DNA of 64,000 bases from an uncultured Oscillospiraceae bacterium (GCA_949285935.1 CASEAH010000011.1:88651-152650); one strand, 5' to 3'. Shown: positions 10,698-20,607, numbered from the stretch's first letter. Numbers and translations are program-made. The notes: a model not told the origin generated them from the letters alone.

Positions 10698-10757
10698 TTG
10701 ACATCTTGGGGGAAATCATGGTATGATAAAGAAAATTTAGTAATGATTATCATTATA
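10698..10757 (+). promoter_or_regulatory. SigA promoter plus Fur/PerR-type operator
   Basis: TTGACA-18nt-TATGAT (extended TG); near-palindrome TAATGATTATCATTA at 10741-10755 resembles the Fur box GATAATGATAATCATTATC. Confidence 0.75.
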
Positions 10758-10789
10758 TAATTCCCCTATCAAGGAAAGGATGCCCCAGT

Positions 10790-11176
10790 ATGAAGTATTC
10801 CAAGCAGCGGGAGCTGATCTACCAATGGGTGGTGGAGCACCCTGTCCATCCCACCGCGGATACTGTTTACGAGGCTGTTCGCTCCCAAGCGCCCCGAATC
10901 AGCCTGGGAACGGTTTACCGCAATCTCAATCTTCTGGCCGAGACCGGCGCGCTGATTAAAATCCCTGTTTCTGGCGGCAGCGACCGTTTTGACGGCCGCA
11001 CCGACTGCCACTACCACATGGTTTGCACACAGTGCGGCCAGGTCTTTGATGTTGAACTTCCGGAGCTGGACCAGCTGGACAGCGTTATCCTGGAACGGAC
11101 CGGTTTTTCAGTGACAGATTTCCAGATCCTTTTTCAGGGTATATGCGGCGGTTGTTCCGTCCGGCAGGCAGGTTAA
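10790..11176 (+). CDS. perR: Fur/PerR-family transcriptional repressor
   Basis: SKQRELI, HPTAD, ISLGTVYRNL, HYHMVCTQCG, CGGC; directly upstream of rubrerythrin. Confidence 0.8.
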   Translation: MKYSKQRELIYQWVVEHPVHPTADTVYEAVRSQAPRISLGTVYRNLNLLAETGALIKIPVSGGSDRFDGRTDCHYHMVCTQCGQVFDVELPELDQLDSVILERTGFSVTDFQILFQGICGGCSVRQAG

Positions 11177-11305
11177 ACCTTTTGACCGCCGCCACAGTAT
11201 CATTTTCAGCCATTGGGATATCATAAGTACCGGCAGACAAACGGCTTGACCGCCGCAACCGCCGGTGCGGACAGATTATAATTTTACAGAAAGAAGGTAA
11301 CGCAG

Positions 11306-11845
11306 ATGAATTTGAAAGGAACCAAAACCGAAGCCAACCTCCTGGCCGCTTTTGCGGGAGAATCCCAGGCCCACACCAAGTATCTTTATTATGCCTCCAA
11401 AGCCAAGTCGGATGGTTATGTACAGATTTCCAATTTCTTCACCGAAACTGCACTGAACGAAAAGGAGCATGCCAAAATTTGGTTTAAGCTGCTTCATGAC
11501 GGTGCTGTTCCCGACACCATGGCCAACCTGAAGGATGCAGCCGCCGGTGAGAATTATGAATGGACCGATATGTATGCCGGTTTTGCCGCCACCGCCAAGG
11601 AGGAGGGCTTTGACCACATCGCTTTTCTGTTTGAGTCCGTGGGAAAAATCGAGAAAGAGCATGAGGAGCGTTACCGCGCTTTGCTCAAAAACATCGAAGA
11701 TGGCGTTGTTTTCCAGCGTGGAGAGAAGAAGGCCTGGATCTGCCTGAACTGCGGCCATATCCATTTTGGCGATACCGCGCCCGACCTTTGCCCCGTATGC
11801 GCTCATCCCAAGGCTTATTTTGCTCTGCGGGCCCAGAATTACTGA
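11306..11845 (+). CDS. rbr: Rubrerythrin
   Basis: [23 protein letters not shown] diiron ligands; C-terminal rubredoxin CLNCGH...CPVCAHP. Confidence 0.95.
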   Translation: MNLKGTKTEANLLAAFAGESQAHTKYLYYASKAKSDGYVQISNFFTETALNEKEHAKIWFKLLHDGAVPDTMANLKDAAAGENYEWTDMYAGFAATAKEEGFDHIAFLFESVGKIEKEHEERYRALLKNIEDGVVFQRGEKKAWICLNCGHIHFGDTAPDLCPVCAHPKAYFALRAQNY

Positions 11846-11865
11846 GTATATTTTTCACAACTCCT

Positions 11866-11897
11866 GCCTCCGAAGCAGCCGCTTCGGAGGCTTTTTT
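11866..11897 (+). terminator. Intrinsic terminator after rbr
   Basis: GCCTCCGAAGC/GCTTCGGAGGC stem plus T6. Confidence 0.8.
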
Positions 11898-12109
11898 ACA
11901 AGAATCTTTCGTTTTCTTTTCGTATTTTGCACAATTGCATTCATAGTTTTTTGACTTTTCAGTCAAATTTTATCCAATAGTTTTTTGTGATTTGTTCACA
12001 ACTTTCCAGTAAACTGTCTTTACGTCCAGAGAGCGGCAGGCAAGCCGCCCGGACCGATTATCGCCCTGTTTCTATAGGGCAAACGCATTGGAAAAGGAGA
12101 AAAATCGTC

Positions 12110-12481
12110 ATGAAAAAGATTCTGTTCGCCATGCTTATGGCCGCTGTGATGGTCACTGCCGTGGCCTGCAGCAGTGAACCCGCTTCCAGCCCCAGCAGCT
12201 CTGAGCCCAGCTCTTCTTCTCAGTCTGAGGTTTCTGAGTCTTCCGAGGCTTCTGAGGCTTCTGAGAGCGAGACCGTTTCCTCTGATGCTGCCGCTTCCGA
12301 GAGCGAGACCGCTTCTTCTGATGCTGCTGCTTCCGAGAGCGAGACCGCTTCCTCTGATGCTGCTGCTTCCGAGAGCGAGACCGCTTCCTCTGATGCTGCT
12401 GCTTCTGAGGCCGGCGCTTCTTCTGAGGCTTCTGCCGCCAGCGAAGCTCCTGCTGAGTCCAGCGAGAGCACCGCTGCCTAA
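12110..12481 (+). CDS. Small Ser/Glu/Ala-rich disordered lipoprotein
   Basis: MKKILFAMLMAAVMVTAVAC lipobox signal; AAGGAG RBS; remainder is low complexity. Confidence 0.8.
   Translation: MKKILFAMLMAAVMVTAVACSSEPASSPSSSEPSSSSQSEVSESSEASEASESETVSSDAAASESETASSDAAASESETASSDAAASESETASSDAAASEAGASSEASAASEAPAESSESTAA
12263..12406 (+). repeat. Four tandem 36-bp coding repeats (ESETASSDAAAS)
   Basis: GAGAGCGAGACCGCTTCCTCTGATGCTGCTGCTTCC x4, near-identical. Confidence 0.9.
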
Positions 12482-12504
12482 TTGCCGAACAGCAATTGCT
12501 TCTT

Positions 12505-12544
12505 AAAAAAAACCGGAACCGGCATTGCCGGTTCCGGTTTTTTT
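12505..12544. terminator. Bidirectional intrinsic terminator
   Basis: A8-CCGGAACCGGC..GCCGGTTCCGG-T7. Confidence 0.85.
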
Positions 12545-12567
12545 GTGTTGTCTGTTTTGACTGAAAG

Positions 12568-12934
12568 ACCCTCCCGGCTTTGCCAAGGAGGGTAAAAGCC
12601 TTGAACTTCAAGCATCGGCAGAGTAAGAAGCATAACCACATCCAAAAGACACGCTATGGATACCAGCCCTAAAAGGCTCATAAAGGGCTCACACCGGCAT
12701 CACCAAAAGGTGCAATGAGTAACGCTAACCGCATATTGGCGCTACTTTTACATTGTATGGTAAACCACCGCCAATTTCATTTCATAACAAATAAAATTCC
12801 CGTTGGAACAATAACCGCCTGTTTGCAGGCCCTGTGTAAGCGATGCAAAAGACAGATTATCCAGCGCCTCTTGATGGGCTTGATGATATAAACCCTTTTT
12901 ATGGCACACCCAAACTCCCGGCTTAGCCGAGGGT
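12568..12934. mobile_element. Possible IS200/IS605-type remnant bounded by two related hairpins
   Basis: ACCCTCCCGGCTTTGCCAAGGAGGGT (12568-12593) and ACTCCCGGCTTAGCCGAGGGT (12914-12934) in direct orientation; AT-richer interior, no transposase. Confidence 0.35.
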
Positions 12935-12941
12935 CCTGGCT

Positions 12942-14243
12942 TTATCCAAAAAAATCTTCTTCGCCCCTGGTGTGATCCTCCTCATCCGCTTTCTGGCTGC
13001 TGTCTTTGCAGTCCCGGCCTCTGGTGAAGCCGGGCCGAGGCTCCACGCCAATATCCGTCCCCAGTACTCCCCCAAAAGCCAGGGCATCCCGGCCAAACCG
13101 CCCTCTCAAAGAGTCCATGGCCGATTCCAGCTTTTCCCGCTTATGGCGACGGGCGCTTTCCTCTCCATCAAAGAGGGAGACCTGCTCGGAGCATTGATCT
13201 GCCGGTACCAGCCCGGATCCTGTAATCGTAAGCATACGGATCGGATCCTCCAGCCTCCAGCAACTGCGGATGATTTCCAGGGATACTTTGCTGAGCTGGG
13301 ATGCCAGACTGGTGGGAAGTTCCAGGGTGCGCTGTCGGGAGATGCTGTGAAACTGAGGATCCCGGATCAGTACCTGAACGGTATGGCATTTCAGACCGTA
13401 TTTACGCAGCCTGCCCGCCACCGTATCACTGAGAGCCAGCACCCCGGCGGTAATATCCTCCATTCCCTCCAGGTTGCGGCGGAAGGTCATTCCGTTTCCC
13501 ACAGATTTGATTTCCTGCTCTTCATAATAGGAGTGGACCGGACTTTGATCCTCTCCCCTGGCATACTCCACCAGCAGCTCACCGGTTTTTCCCAACCGCA
13601 GACCCACTGTATGAGGGTCTGCCGCCGCCAGATCCCCAATGGTACGTATCCCCATGGAAGCGAGCACACCTGCTGCCGCCCGGCCTACATACAACAGCGC
13701 CCCCACCGGCAAAGGATAAACGATCTCCCGATGATTCTCCCGGGTAATAACCGTGGTGGCATCCGGCTTTTTATAATCGCTGCCCAGTTTGGCGTAGATT
13801 TTATTATAGGAGACCCCTACCGATACGGTAAGGCCCACCTCCTCCCGAACACGGCGGCGGATTTCGTCGGCAATTCGGCGGCCTTCGCCAAACAGCTGCC
13901 GGCTTCCGGTAACATCCAGCCAGGATTCATCGATGCCAAAGGGCTCCACCAGATCGGTATAGCTCTCATAAATCCGGTTGACCACTTTGGAATACTGCCG
14001 GTAAAGGTCGTGGTGGGGAGGCACCAGCGTAAGGGAAGGACACTTTTTCAGAGCCTGCCAGACCGTCTCGGCGGTAGAAACTCCATATTTTTTGGCCAGC
14101 TCATTCTTGGCCAAAATGATTCCGTGACGGCTTTCCGGGTTCCCGCATACTGCCATGGGAACCTCCTTAAGTTCCGGCCGTAATACGCATTCCACCGACG
14201 CGTAAAACCCATTGCAGTCGCAATGGAGGATGGTTCGGTCCAT
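12942..14243 (-). CDS. dinB: DNA polymerase IV (Y family)
   Basis: ILHCDCNGFYASVE, FGIDESWLD, AKLGSDYKKP, clamp-binding QVSLF; ATG 14243 after GGGAGG. Confidence 0.95.
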   Translation of the reverse strand: MDRTILHCDCNGFYASVECVLRPELKEVPMAVCGNPESRHGIILAKNELAKKYGVSTAETVWQALKKCPSLTLVPPHHDLYRQYSKVVNRIYESYTDLVEPFGIDESWLDVTGSRQLFGEGRRIADEIRRRVREEVGLTVSVGVSYNKIYAKLGSDYKKPDATTVITRENHREIVYPLPVGALLYVGRAAAGVLASMGIRTIGDLAAADPHTVGLRLGKTGELLVEYARGEDQSPVHSYYEEQEIKSVGNGMTFRRNLEGMEDITAGVLALSDTVAGRLRKYGLKCHTVQVLIRDPQFHSISRQRTLELPTSLASQLSKVSLEIIRSCWRLEDPIRMLTITGSGLVPADQCSEQVSLFDGEESARRHKREKLESAMDSLRGRFGRDALAFGGVLGTDIGVEPRPGFTRGRDCKDSSQKADEEDHTRGEEDFFG

Positions 14244-14273
14244 TCCTCTCCCTCCCTTCCCGCTGTTTTTTTC

Positions 14274-14312
14274 AGTATAGCACATTCTCCGGTAAAAATC
14301 AAACAAACGTTC
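14274..14312 (-). promoter_or_regulatory. dinB promoter with overlapping LexA (Cheo) box
   Basis: Minus strand TTGATT-17nt-TATACT (extended TG); GAAC-GTTT-GTTT at 14301-14312 versus Firmicute consensus GAAC-N4-GTTC. Confidence 0.75.
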
Positions 14313-14725
14313 TTTAGCTTGACCGCTTCTCCCGCCCATTTTGCAGTAAACTTCCCCGAAGTTATTTTCTCCTTTCCGAAAGATAATCCCGGCCGCAGCA
14401 CAGACGAGCCATAAAGTTTTTATACACTTTCCTCTGGTTCCAGAACTTTTTTCATTGCCTTTTGGGCAGCCAGTCATAACCACCGGCTCGGCCGGCGGCT
14501 TGAATTGGCCCTGTAAGAGCCTGTTGCGGCATGTGTCTCCAGACGCACTGAATTTTATTTCCCCGGCTTCTCTTCCTCCGCCGCCCGCAAACGGACAGCT
14601 GCTGTTCCAACCAAAGTTTTTTATCACTGTAAGCCTGCTCTTGCAGTTGGCTCCGCCCGATGCCTGAAGCGAAAGTTTTTTGCGGGGCGCCTGCACCGGC
14701 AGAGCCATGGTTTCCCCGCTCAACC

Positions 14726-14764
14726 AAAAGCGTCCGGATGCAATGTTTTGCATCCGGACGCTTT
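14726..14764 (-). terminator. Terminator of the MBOAT/DHHW/DctP operon
   Basis: AAGCGTCCGGATGCAA/TTGCATCCGGACGCTT stem. Confidence 0.7.
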
Positions 14765-14808
14765 CAAATTCAGCCGGTTACACCGGGCCATATTTTTTGT
14801 GCTTTCTG

Positions 14809-15825
14809 CTATCCCTGCATGGCAGGCAGCAGTTTTTCCCACATCCGCTGGAAAGGCTCCGGCTGCTCCTTATAAAGGTCCCGAATATATTTCATTCCCG
14901 CGTCAAAAACCGTATCCGCCTCAGGAGACCGGATCTCCACCCCGAGCGTTTCCAGGAAAGTCAACCACTCTTCTTCCGCAGCGGTACGGGCTTGATTCTG
15001 GCTGGCAATGGTATACGATACCGCCTGCCGGAGATACTCCTTCCCCTTTCCGCTGAGCTGCGTATCCTCCTGCAGGATCAGCCAGTGGGTATCGATGCGG
15101 TGCCGGGTGGGATAAAAGCATTTTAACTCCTGGGGCAAGCTTTCACCACACAGGGGAATCTCCAGAGCCCGCAGCTCCTTCTTGTCAAACTGCTGGATCT
15201 GCTCCTCCAGGCTTCCGGAAACCAGGTTTGCGGCTCCCAATTCCCGAAGCATCTCCTGTCCCGGCAATTCTTCGGCCACTCCCAGTGTTCCCATGCCTTC
15301 CAGCCCCACTTCCTCCAGATACAGGGTACTCCTGGCACCCAGGCCCCAGGAACCTCCGTAATAGATTCCCAGCACCTCTCCTTTCATCGTTTGATCCAGA
15401 GAGCCGTCCATGACCGGACCTTCCGGGTCAGAAAGGGCGATGAGCAGATTCTCCCAGGAGGGAAACAAAAAAGGAAGGCGCAGCCATTCCAGCTGAGGCT
15501 CCAGCTGTGCCGCCTGATCCATGGTGAGGACAACCGCCTCTGCAGCTCCCTCACGGTAAAGAGCCAAAGGATCTTCTGCCAGAGTCACCTGCACCAGCAG
15601 CTGTCCGCCGGAAATGTCCTTAGCCTTGGCCACCAGCAATTCCATAGCGTCCTGCAGGATCTGATCCGCCTCCTGAGGCAGCACCACCGTCAGCAGTTCC
15701 GGCTGGGATTCGGGCTCCTCAACCGATGCCGGCCGGGGATACCGCCAAAGTCCTGCCGGCGCGCAGCCGGCCAGCAGAATCAAAGCCAGCCCCGTTCCCA
15801 ACAGGGCCGCCAGCATCCGGCGCAT
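14809..15825 (-). CDS. DctP-like (TRAP solute-binding fold) lipoprotein, degenerate
   Basis: LLAGC lipobox; AKDISGGQLLVQV and LRLPFLFPSWE resemble DctP motifs; no TRAP permease nearby. Confidence 0.6.
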   Translation of the reverse strand: MRRMLAALLGTGLALILLAGCAPAGLWRYPRPASVEEPESQPELLTVVLPQEADQILQDAMELLVAKAKDISGGQLLVQVTLAEDPLALYREGAAEAVVLTMDQAAQLEPQLEWLRLPFLFPSWENLLIALSDPEGPVMDGSLDQTMKGEVLGIYYGGSWGLGARSTLYLEEVGLEGMGTLGVAEELPGQEMLRELGAANLVSGSLEEQIQQFDKKELRALEIPLCGESLPQELKCFYPTRHRIDTHWLILQEDTQLSGKGKEYLRQAVSYTIASQNQARTAAEEEWLTFLETLGVEIRSPEADTVFDAGMKYIRDLYKEQPEPFQRMWEKLLPAMQG

Positions 15826-15858
15826 GGGCTTTTCCCCCTTTCCAAGGTCCGGCTCCCA

Positions 15859-17274
15859 TCAAAGCTGATTGGCCAGGTAATTGATCCTGTCGGCATGATA
15901 GACGGTATTGGCAGCAAAGGTATTGTTGATGAAAATCACCGTTTGGATATCATGCTCCATCACAAAGTCGTACAGGGATTTTTCATAGTGCCGGTAGTCG
16001 ATCACATACACCTTGTCGTAGTTGGCCATGAGGAAGGGCGCAAAGGCATTGCCATAGGATTCCTTGAGCACCAGCACATTGTTGCCGTCCTCGATATCCA
16101 GGTTATCCATCTCAAAGACGGGATTGTCCCCATAAATAAAGACGGAATAAGCGTTGCCGCCCTCGGCAAATTCCGCCCAGGCGGGAACTTCATACCGGGT
16201 ATCCGGCTCCGCCTTGGTGGTCAGGTATGCCTTATAATTGGTGGCAGTGATATAGTAATCCACATAATCAGGATTCTCCCCCAGTTTGGCGTCCCGGGTC
16301 TCAGCGTAAATGGTCCCCCGAAAATCAGGGATGGTTCGTTTCTCAAATTCATGCAGGGATGGGTAACTCAGTTCCGCCTGACGGCAGAAGGCCACATAGG
16401 CATAATAGGCTCCCAGGGCGGTCCAGTGGTGGTCGGTGCGGAAATAGATATACTGGTCGGTGTTCATGGCCAGCCAGGAATAGGCATCCACCGGCACCAC
16501 CCGGCTTCCCATCTGGTCGTAAAGGCCATACAGGTAGTCGATATTGTCTTTCTGGGAGGCACTCATCTTCTGATATTTTTCGGGAAGATAAAACTCTCCC
16601 GACGTGGGCACCACAATATTGTAAACCGTAGCCTGGTCCGCCACCCGGTCTGCAAAGGCTGAAATGTATTGGGCATACACTTCCGCCGCTGGGCGGTATC
16701 CGCCAAAGAGATAGCAGGCCCGGTCTCCGTTGACAAAGCATCCCTCGGTAAGGTAGCCGTCCGGGACTTCGGGGGGAGCCTCCGGCTTGGAGACCGCTTG
16801 GGAGGATTCCGCCGAAGAGCCGCTGCCTGAGGCATCTGAACTTTCCGCCGGCTGGGAAGAGCCGGAAGCAGCCTGGCTGCTTTCTCCCGACGTTCCTGTC
16901 TCCGGCTGGGAGGAGGAAGATTCCGGGGCGGCATTCTGGGAGTTGGCGCCGTAGATTTTCACATCATCCTCGCCCCGGAAGCCCCGGATCTCGTTAAGAA
17001 AAGCCCCCAACTGGATAAAACTCTCCCGAAATGGGAAGGTGTCAGCATAGTGGGCCTCAAAATCCTTGAGAAAGCTGCCTCCGAAAAGCGCCTGAAGGCT
17101 GAATTCGGGCATCGCCGCCAACGGCCGCTTCTCATATTCGGAGTAGGTGGGCTTGGGCAGGATGAAGGACAAAACCCCTACGGCGGCCATCACCGCAACA
17201 ATCAGGACAAAGCTTCTCTGGGCGAGGCGGCGTGCCAGCATGCCGGGCCGCCGCTCGTTTGCTTGAGAACTCAC
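15859..17274 (-). CDS. DHHW-family (AlgJ/SGNH-like) extracytoplasmic O-acetyltransferase partner
   Basis: N-terminal TM, YSEYEKRPLA, DTFPFRE, YFRTDHHWT..GAYYAY, LKESYGNA; Ser-rich linker. Confidence 0.85.
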   Translation of the reverse strand: MSSQANERRPGMLARRLAQRSFVLIVAVMAAVGVLSFILPKPTYSEYEKRPLAAMPEFSLQALFGGSFLKDFEAHYADTFPFRESFIQLGAFLNEIRGFRGEDDVKIYGANSQNAAPESSSSQPETGTSGESSQAASGSSQPAESSDASGSGSSAESSQAVSKPEAPPEVPDGYLTEGCFVNGDRACYLFGGYRPAAEVYAQYISAFADRVADQATVYNIVVPTSGEFYLPEKYQKMSASQKDNIDYLYGLYDQMGSRVVPVDAYSWLAMNTDQYIYFRTDHHWTALGAYYAYVAFCRQAELSYPSLHEFEKRTIPDFRGTIYAETRDAKLGENPDYVDYYITATNYKAYLTTKAEPDTRYEVPAWAEFAEGGNAYSVFIYGDNPVFEMDNLDIEDGNNVLVLKESYGNAFAPFLMANYDKVYVIDYRHYEKSLYDFVMEHDIQTVIFINNTFAANTVYHADRINYLANQL

Positions 17275-17292
17275 GGTTCCATTCCTCCTTCC

Positions 17293-18696
17293 TTAGAAAC
17301 GGAAATACAAAAACGGATTGTAGGACTGCCCCACCAGCAGCGCAGTGGAGATAATCAGCATCAGCCCGCACAAGCCGGCCTGAGCAATGACGATCCGGTA
17401 CTGCCTTTGGGGAGGAACCGCTTCCGCCCGTGCCCGGATGGCCGGGAGGATGGGAGCACAGAACAGAATCGCCAGGCACAGCCACAGGATGTTGTTCAGG
17501 AGCACCACGCCCACAGCGGGGTCGGTGAAGCCCGCTCCGCCGCCCAGCAGCGCCATAAGGAACCCGCCCAGGCGGCTGAGATCTGTGTAGTAAAACAGGC
17601 TCCAGCCAAAGAATACGGCTACCCACGACCAGAGGATCCCCACTGCCCTGGGCAGGCGGGAAAGCCGGGCAAGAAGGAACTGCTTCTCAAAAATCAGCAG
17701 CAGCCCGTAATAGGCGCCCCACAGCACAAAATTCCAGCTGGCTCCGTGCCACAGTCCTGTCAGGAGCCATACGATACAGATGTTGCGCATCTGGTGGCTG
17801 TACTTTCCTCCCAAGGGGATGTACACATAATCCCTGAAAAAGCTGGAAAGGGAAATATGCCACCGTCTCCAGAAATCCGTGACCGAAGTGGCCGTATAGG
17901 GATAGCGGAAGTTTTCATTATAATGGAAGCCGAAGATCCGCCCCATGCCGATGGCCATATCCGAATAGGCCGAAAAATCGTAGTAGATCTGCAGGGAGAA
18001 AAGGAGCATCCCCAACAGGGCCCCCATAGAAGAAAGGCGGCTCAGATCCCCATCCAGAAAACGGGATGCCAGCTGGCCGGCCACATTGGCCACCGCCACC
18101 TTTTTGGTCAGGCCCACGCAGAACCGGCAAAAGCCCCCCCAAATGTCCTGGGTATCCACGGTGCGGTTGTCAATCTCTTCCGCAATCCAGCGGTACCGGA
18201 CAATAGGCCCGGCCACCAGCTGGTGATACATGGTCACATACATCAGGAACTTGAGATAGGACCGCTGCGCCTTGACGTCTCCCCGGTACACATCCACCAT
18301 ATAGGAGATGATCTGGAAGGTGTAGAAGGAGATGCCGATGGGCAGGGTAAAACCCGGACCCTGAAAGGAAGTGCCCAGCAGGCCGTTGATGTTTTCGTAC
18401 AAAAAGCCGCTGTATTTAAAGAGTCCCAGCAGGCAAAGATCTACCGCTACCGCCGCTGTTAAGGCAGCTTTTTGTCCGGAGGATCCCCGCAGAGAGTCCA
18501 TCACCAGAGCCAGGGCCCAGTTGAGGAGGGCGGTAAGAATCAGCAGGACCACCCATACCGGTTCTCCCCAGGCATAGAAGACCAGGGAAAATGCCACCAT
18601 GATGACATTGCGGGTACGGTTGGTCCTGGCAAAAAAATACAGTACAATATTCAGAGGCAGGAACACATAGAGGAAAAACAGGTTGGAAAAAACCAT
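17293..18696 (-). CDS. MBOAT family O-acyltransferase (AlgI/PatA-like)
   Basis: MVFSNLFFL, LPIGISFYTFQ, QLVAGPIVRY, DFWRRWHISLS, LTGLWHGA. Confidence 0.93.
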   Translation of the reverse strand: MVFSNLFFLYVFLPLNIVLYFFARTNRTRNVIMVAFSLVFYAWGEPVWVVLLILTALLNWALALVMDSLRGSSGQKAALTAAVAVDLCLLGLFKYSGFLYENINGLLGTSFQGPGFTLPIGISFYTFQIISYMVDVYRGDVKAQRSYLKFLMYVTMYHQLVAGPIVRYRWIAEEIDNRTVDTQDIWGGFCRFCVGLTKKVAVANVAGQLASRFLDGDLSRLSSMGALLGMLLFSLQIYYDFSAYSDMAIGMGRIFGFHYNENFRYPYTATSVTDFWRRWHISLSSFFRDYVYIPLGGKYSHQMRNICIVWLLTGLWHGASWNFVLWGAYYGLLLIFEKQFLLARLSRLPRAVGILWSWVAVFFGWSLFYYTDLSRLGGFLMALLGGGAGFTDPAVGVVLLNNILWLCLAILFCAPILPAIRARAEAVPPQRQYRIVIAQAGLCGLMLIISTALLVGQSYNPFLYFRF

Positions 18697-18842
18697 TGCG
18701 GCACCACCATTCCGGGACTGTCAAAGTTTGGTGAACTTTGACGCAACTATTGTAATTATAGCAATTATCGGGTAAAATCACAAGTGAACCTCTAGTAAAT
18801 TAACGTTTTCTTCACAGAAGCGTCAGACAGGAGAAGAGTTTA

Positions 18843-19745
18843 ATGTCAGTTTCCCCCAAGCGGGCCATGTTACTCATGGCTGCGTGCAGCTGCCTGTGGA
18901 GTATCGGCGGCCTGTTTATCAAGCTGATCCCCTGGAACCCTTTGGTTATTTCAGGCTGCCGCTCCTTTATCGCCATTTTTGTCTTTGCAGGCTATCTTCT
19001 CTTCCGCCGGGAACATTTTGTCTTTAATCGCAACGTCTTTTTGTGCGGGGCCGCCCTGTGCTGCACCCTGCTGCTGTTTGTTACCGCCACCAAGCTGACC
19101 ACCGCGGCCAACGCCATTATTCTCCAGTCCGCTTCTCCGATTTTTATTATGCTTATCAGCGTTCTATTCCTGGGCGGCAGCTACCGCCGCAGTGAATATG
19201 TGGTGGTGGGGATTGTCCTGGCGGGCATCGGTCTGTTTTTTCTGGATCAGCTTTCTCCGGGAAGTCTGGTGGGGAACCTGGTGGCTTTGGGCAGCGGCAT
19301 CTCTCTGGCGGTCATGTATGTCTTCACCGGGCGTCTGCCTGATGAAGCCTCCTCCATGAGTGCGCTGCTTACAGGCCATGCCCTCACCGCTCTGGTGGGC
19401 GTTCCTCTTGCTTTCGTGACGCCTACTCCCATCACCTCGCAGGCCATCCTCTCCATTCTGATCCTGGGGATTATCCAGCTGGGGATCCCTTACGTTCTCT
19501 ATGGGCTTGCTTCCCGGGCCTGTCCGCCTCTCTACTGCTCCCTCATCGGGATGCTGGAGCCTCTCCTCAACCCCGTGTGGGTGTTTCTGGTGGTAGGGGA
19601 AAAGCCTGGTTTTTTTGCCCTCATCGGTGGTATAATAGTGCTGTTCACCGTGGCGGTCTGGTGCGCTGTCAGCGCCAAGGCCGCAGCAGAAAGTGTTCCG
19701 GTAAGCCGGGCCGGCAGTTCGGAAGACTCCGGAGACTGCCGCTGA
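18843..19745 (+). CDS. EamA/DMT family transporter
   Basis: About 10 TM in two EamA halves; TTAANAIIL, LEPLLNPVWV. Confidence 0.88.
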   Translation: MSVSPKRAMLLMAACSCLWSIGGLFIKLIPWNPLVISGCRSFIAIFVFAGYLLFRREHFVFNRNVFLCGAALCCTLLLFVTATKLTTAANAIILQSASPIFIMLISVLFLGGSYRRSEYVVVGIVLAGIGLFFLDQLSPGSLVGNLVALGSGISLAVMYVFTGRLPDEASSMSALLTGHALTALVGVPLAFVTPTPITSQAILSILILGIIQLGIPYVLYGLASRACPPLYCSLIGMLEPLLNPVWVFLVVGEKPGFFALIGGIIVLFTVAVWCAVSAKAAAESVPVSRAGSSEDSGDCR

Positions 19746-19797
19746 ATCTCAGAAATTTCGCGCCCGCTCCGGCGGGCCTCATCAGGAAGGAAGTTGC

Positions 19798-20529
19798 ATG
19801 GACATGAACGCCGAAACCGTTATCAACCCCGGCAAAAACGCCTGTATCCAGGTGGATGGGGTCACCTATCGCCGCCTGTGCATTAAAACCCATGTGATCA
19901 CCGACGCCGACAAAATGGCCGATGTGGCGCTGCAGTATGCCGCCCCTCACATGGTTCCCGGAGATATCCTTTTTATTACAGAAAAGGCTGTCGCCTGCAC
20001 CCAAAAACGCGCCATCCCCATGAAGGATATCCACCCCCGGCCGCTGGCCCGCCTTCTGTCCCGCTTTGTGCTCAAAACTCCCTACGGCATCGGCCTGGGC
20101 ATCCCTGAAACCATGGAAATGGCCCTGCGGGAATGCGGGACCATCCGGATCCTCTTTGCCGCTTTCTGCTCCGCCATCGGCAAGCTGTTCGGCAAGCGGG
20201 GGATTTTCTATAACATCGCCGGAGACAAAGCCCGCGCCATTGACGGCCCCTGTGACTTTACCCTCCCCCCTTACAATGAATATGTGGTCCTGGGGCCTGC
20301 CGATCCCGACAAAGTTGCCCGGGAAGTGTCCGAGGCTCTGGGGCATCCTGTCCTCATCACCGATATCAACGATCTGGGCGGCAATATTCTGGGCCGCTGG
20401 CCTCAGGATCTGGATCCCGACCTGTTTGTCCGGATCCTGAAGGATAACCCCTTGGGCCAGCAAAGCGAACAGACTCCCATGGGGATCATCCGGCGGGAAG
20501 AATCCGCCGCCGAAGAAGCGGAAAAGTGA
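19798..20529 (+). CDS. Coenzyme F420-0:L-glutamate ligase (CofE)-like protein
   Basis: KTHVIT..D, GDILFITEKAVA..Q, AIDG, PADPD..A, ITDINDLG, DNPLGQ..EQTP. Confidence 0.75.
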   Translation: MDMNAETVINPGKNACIQVDGVTYRRLCIKTHVITDADKMADVALQYAAPHMVPGDILFITEKAVACTQKRAIPMKDIHPRPLARLLSRFVLKTPYGIGLGIPETMEMALRECGTIRILFAAFCSAIGKLFGKRGIFYNIAGDKARAIDGPCDFTLPPYNEYVVLGPADPDKVAREVSEALGHPVLITDINDLGGNILGRWPQDLDPDLFVRILKDNPLGQQSEQTPMGIIRREESAAEEAEK

Positions 20530-20607
20530 TTTTTTCCCCATCCGCGGCATGAAGGCTCTGCAAAATCCGAAGCGGTTGGGGATGAAAAACCGCCTGAGGA
20601 GAACGTT

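Noticed and set aside
11985-12001. TTGTGA-N5-TCACAA as a Rex site
   Set aside because: One base shorter than the 18-bp Rex operator; the regulator cannot be assigned
12077-12100. GGGCAAAC..GAAA resembling the start of a c-di-GMP-I riboswitch
   Set aside because: No following GCAAA/P2 stem; the sequence runs directly into the RBS
12263-12406. 36-bp repeats as a CRISPR array
   Set aside because: Head-to-tail in-frame coding repeats with no spacers and no cas genes
14244-14753. 170-aa N-terminal extension of DinB in the ORF track
   Set aside because: Promoter, LexA box and RBS place the true start at 14243
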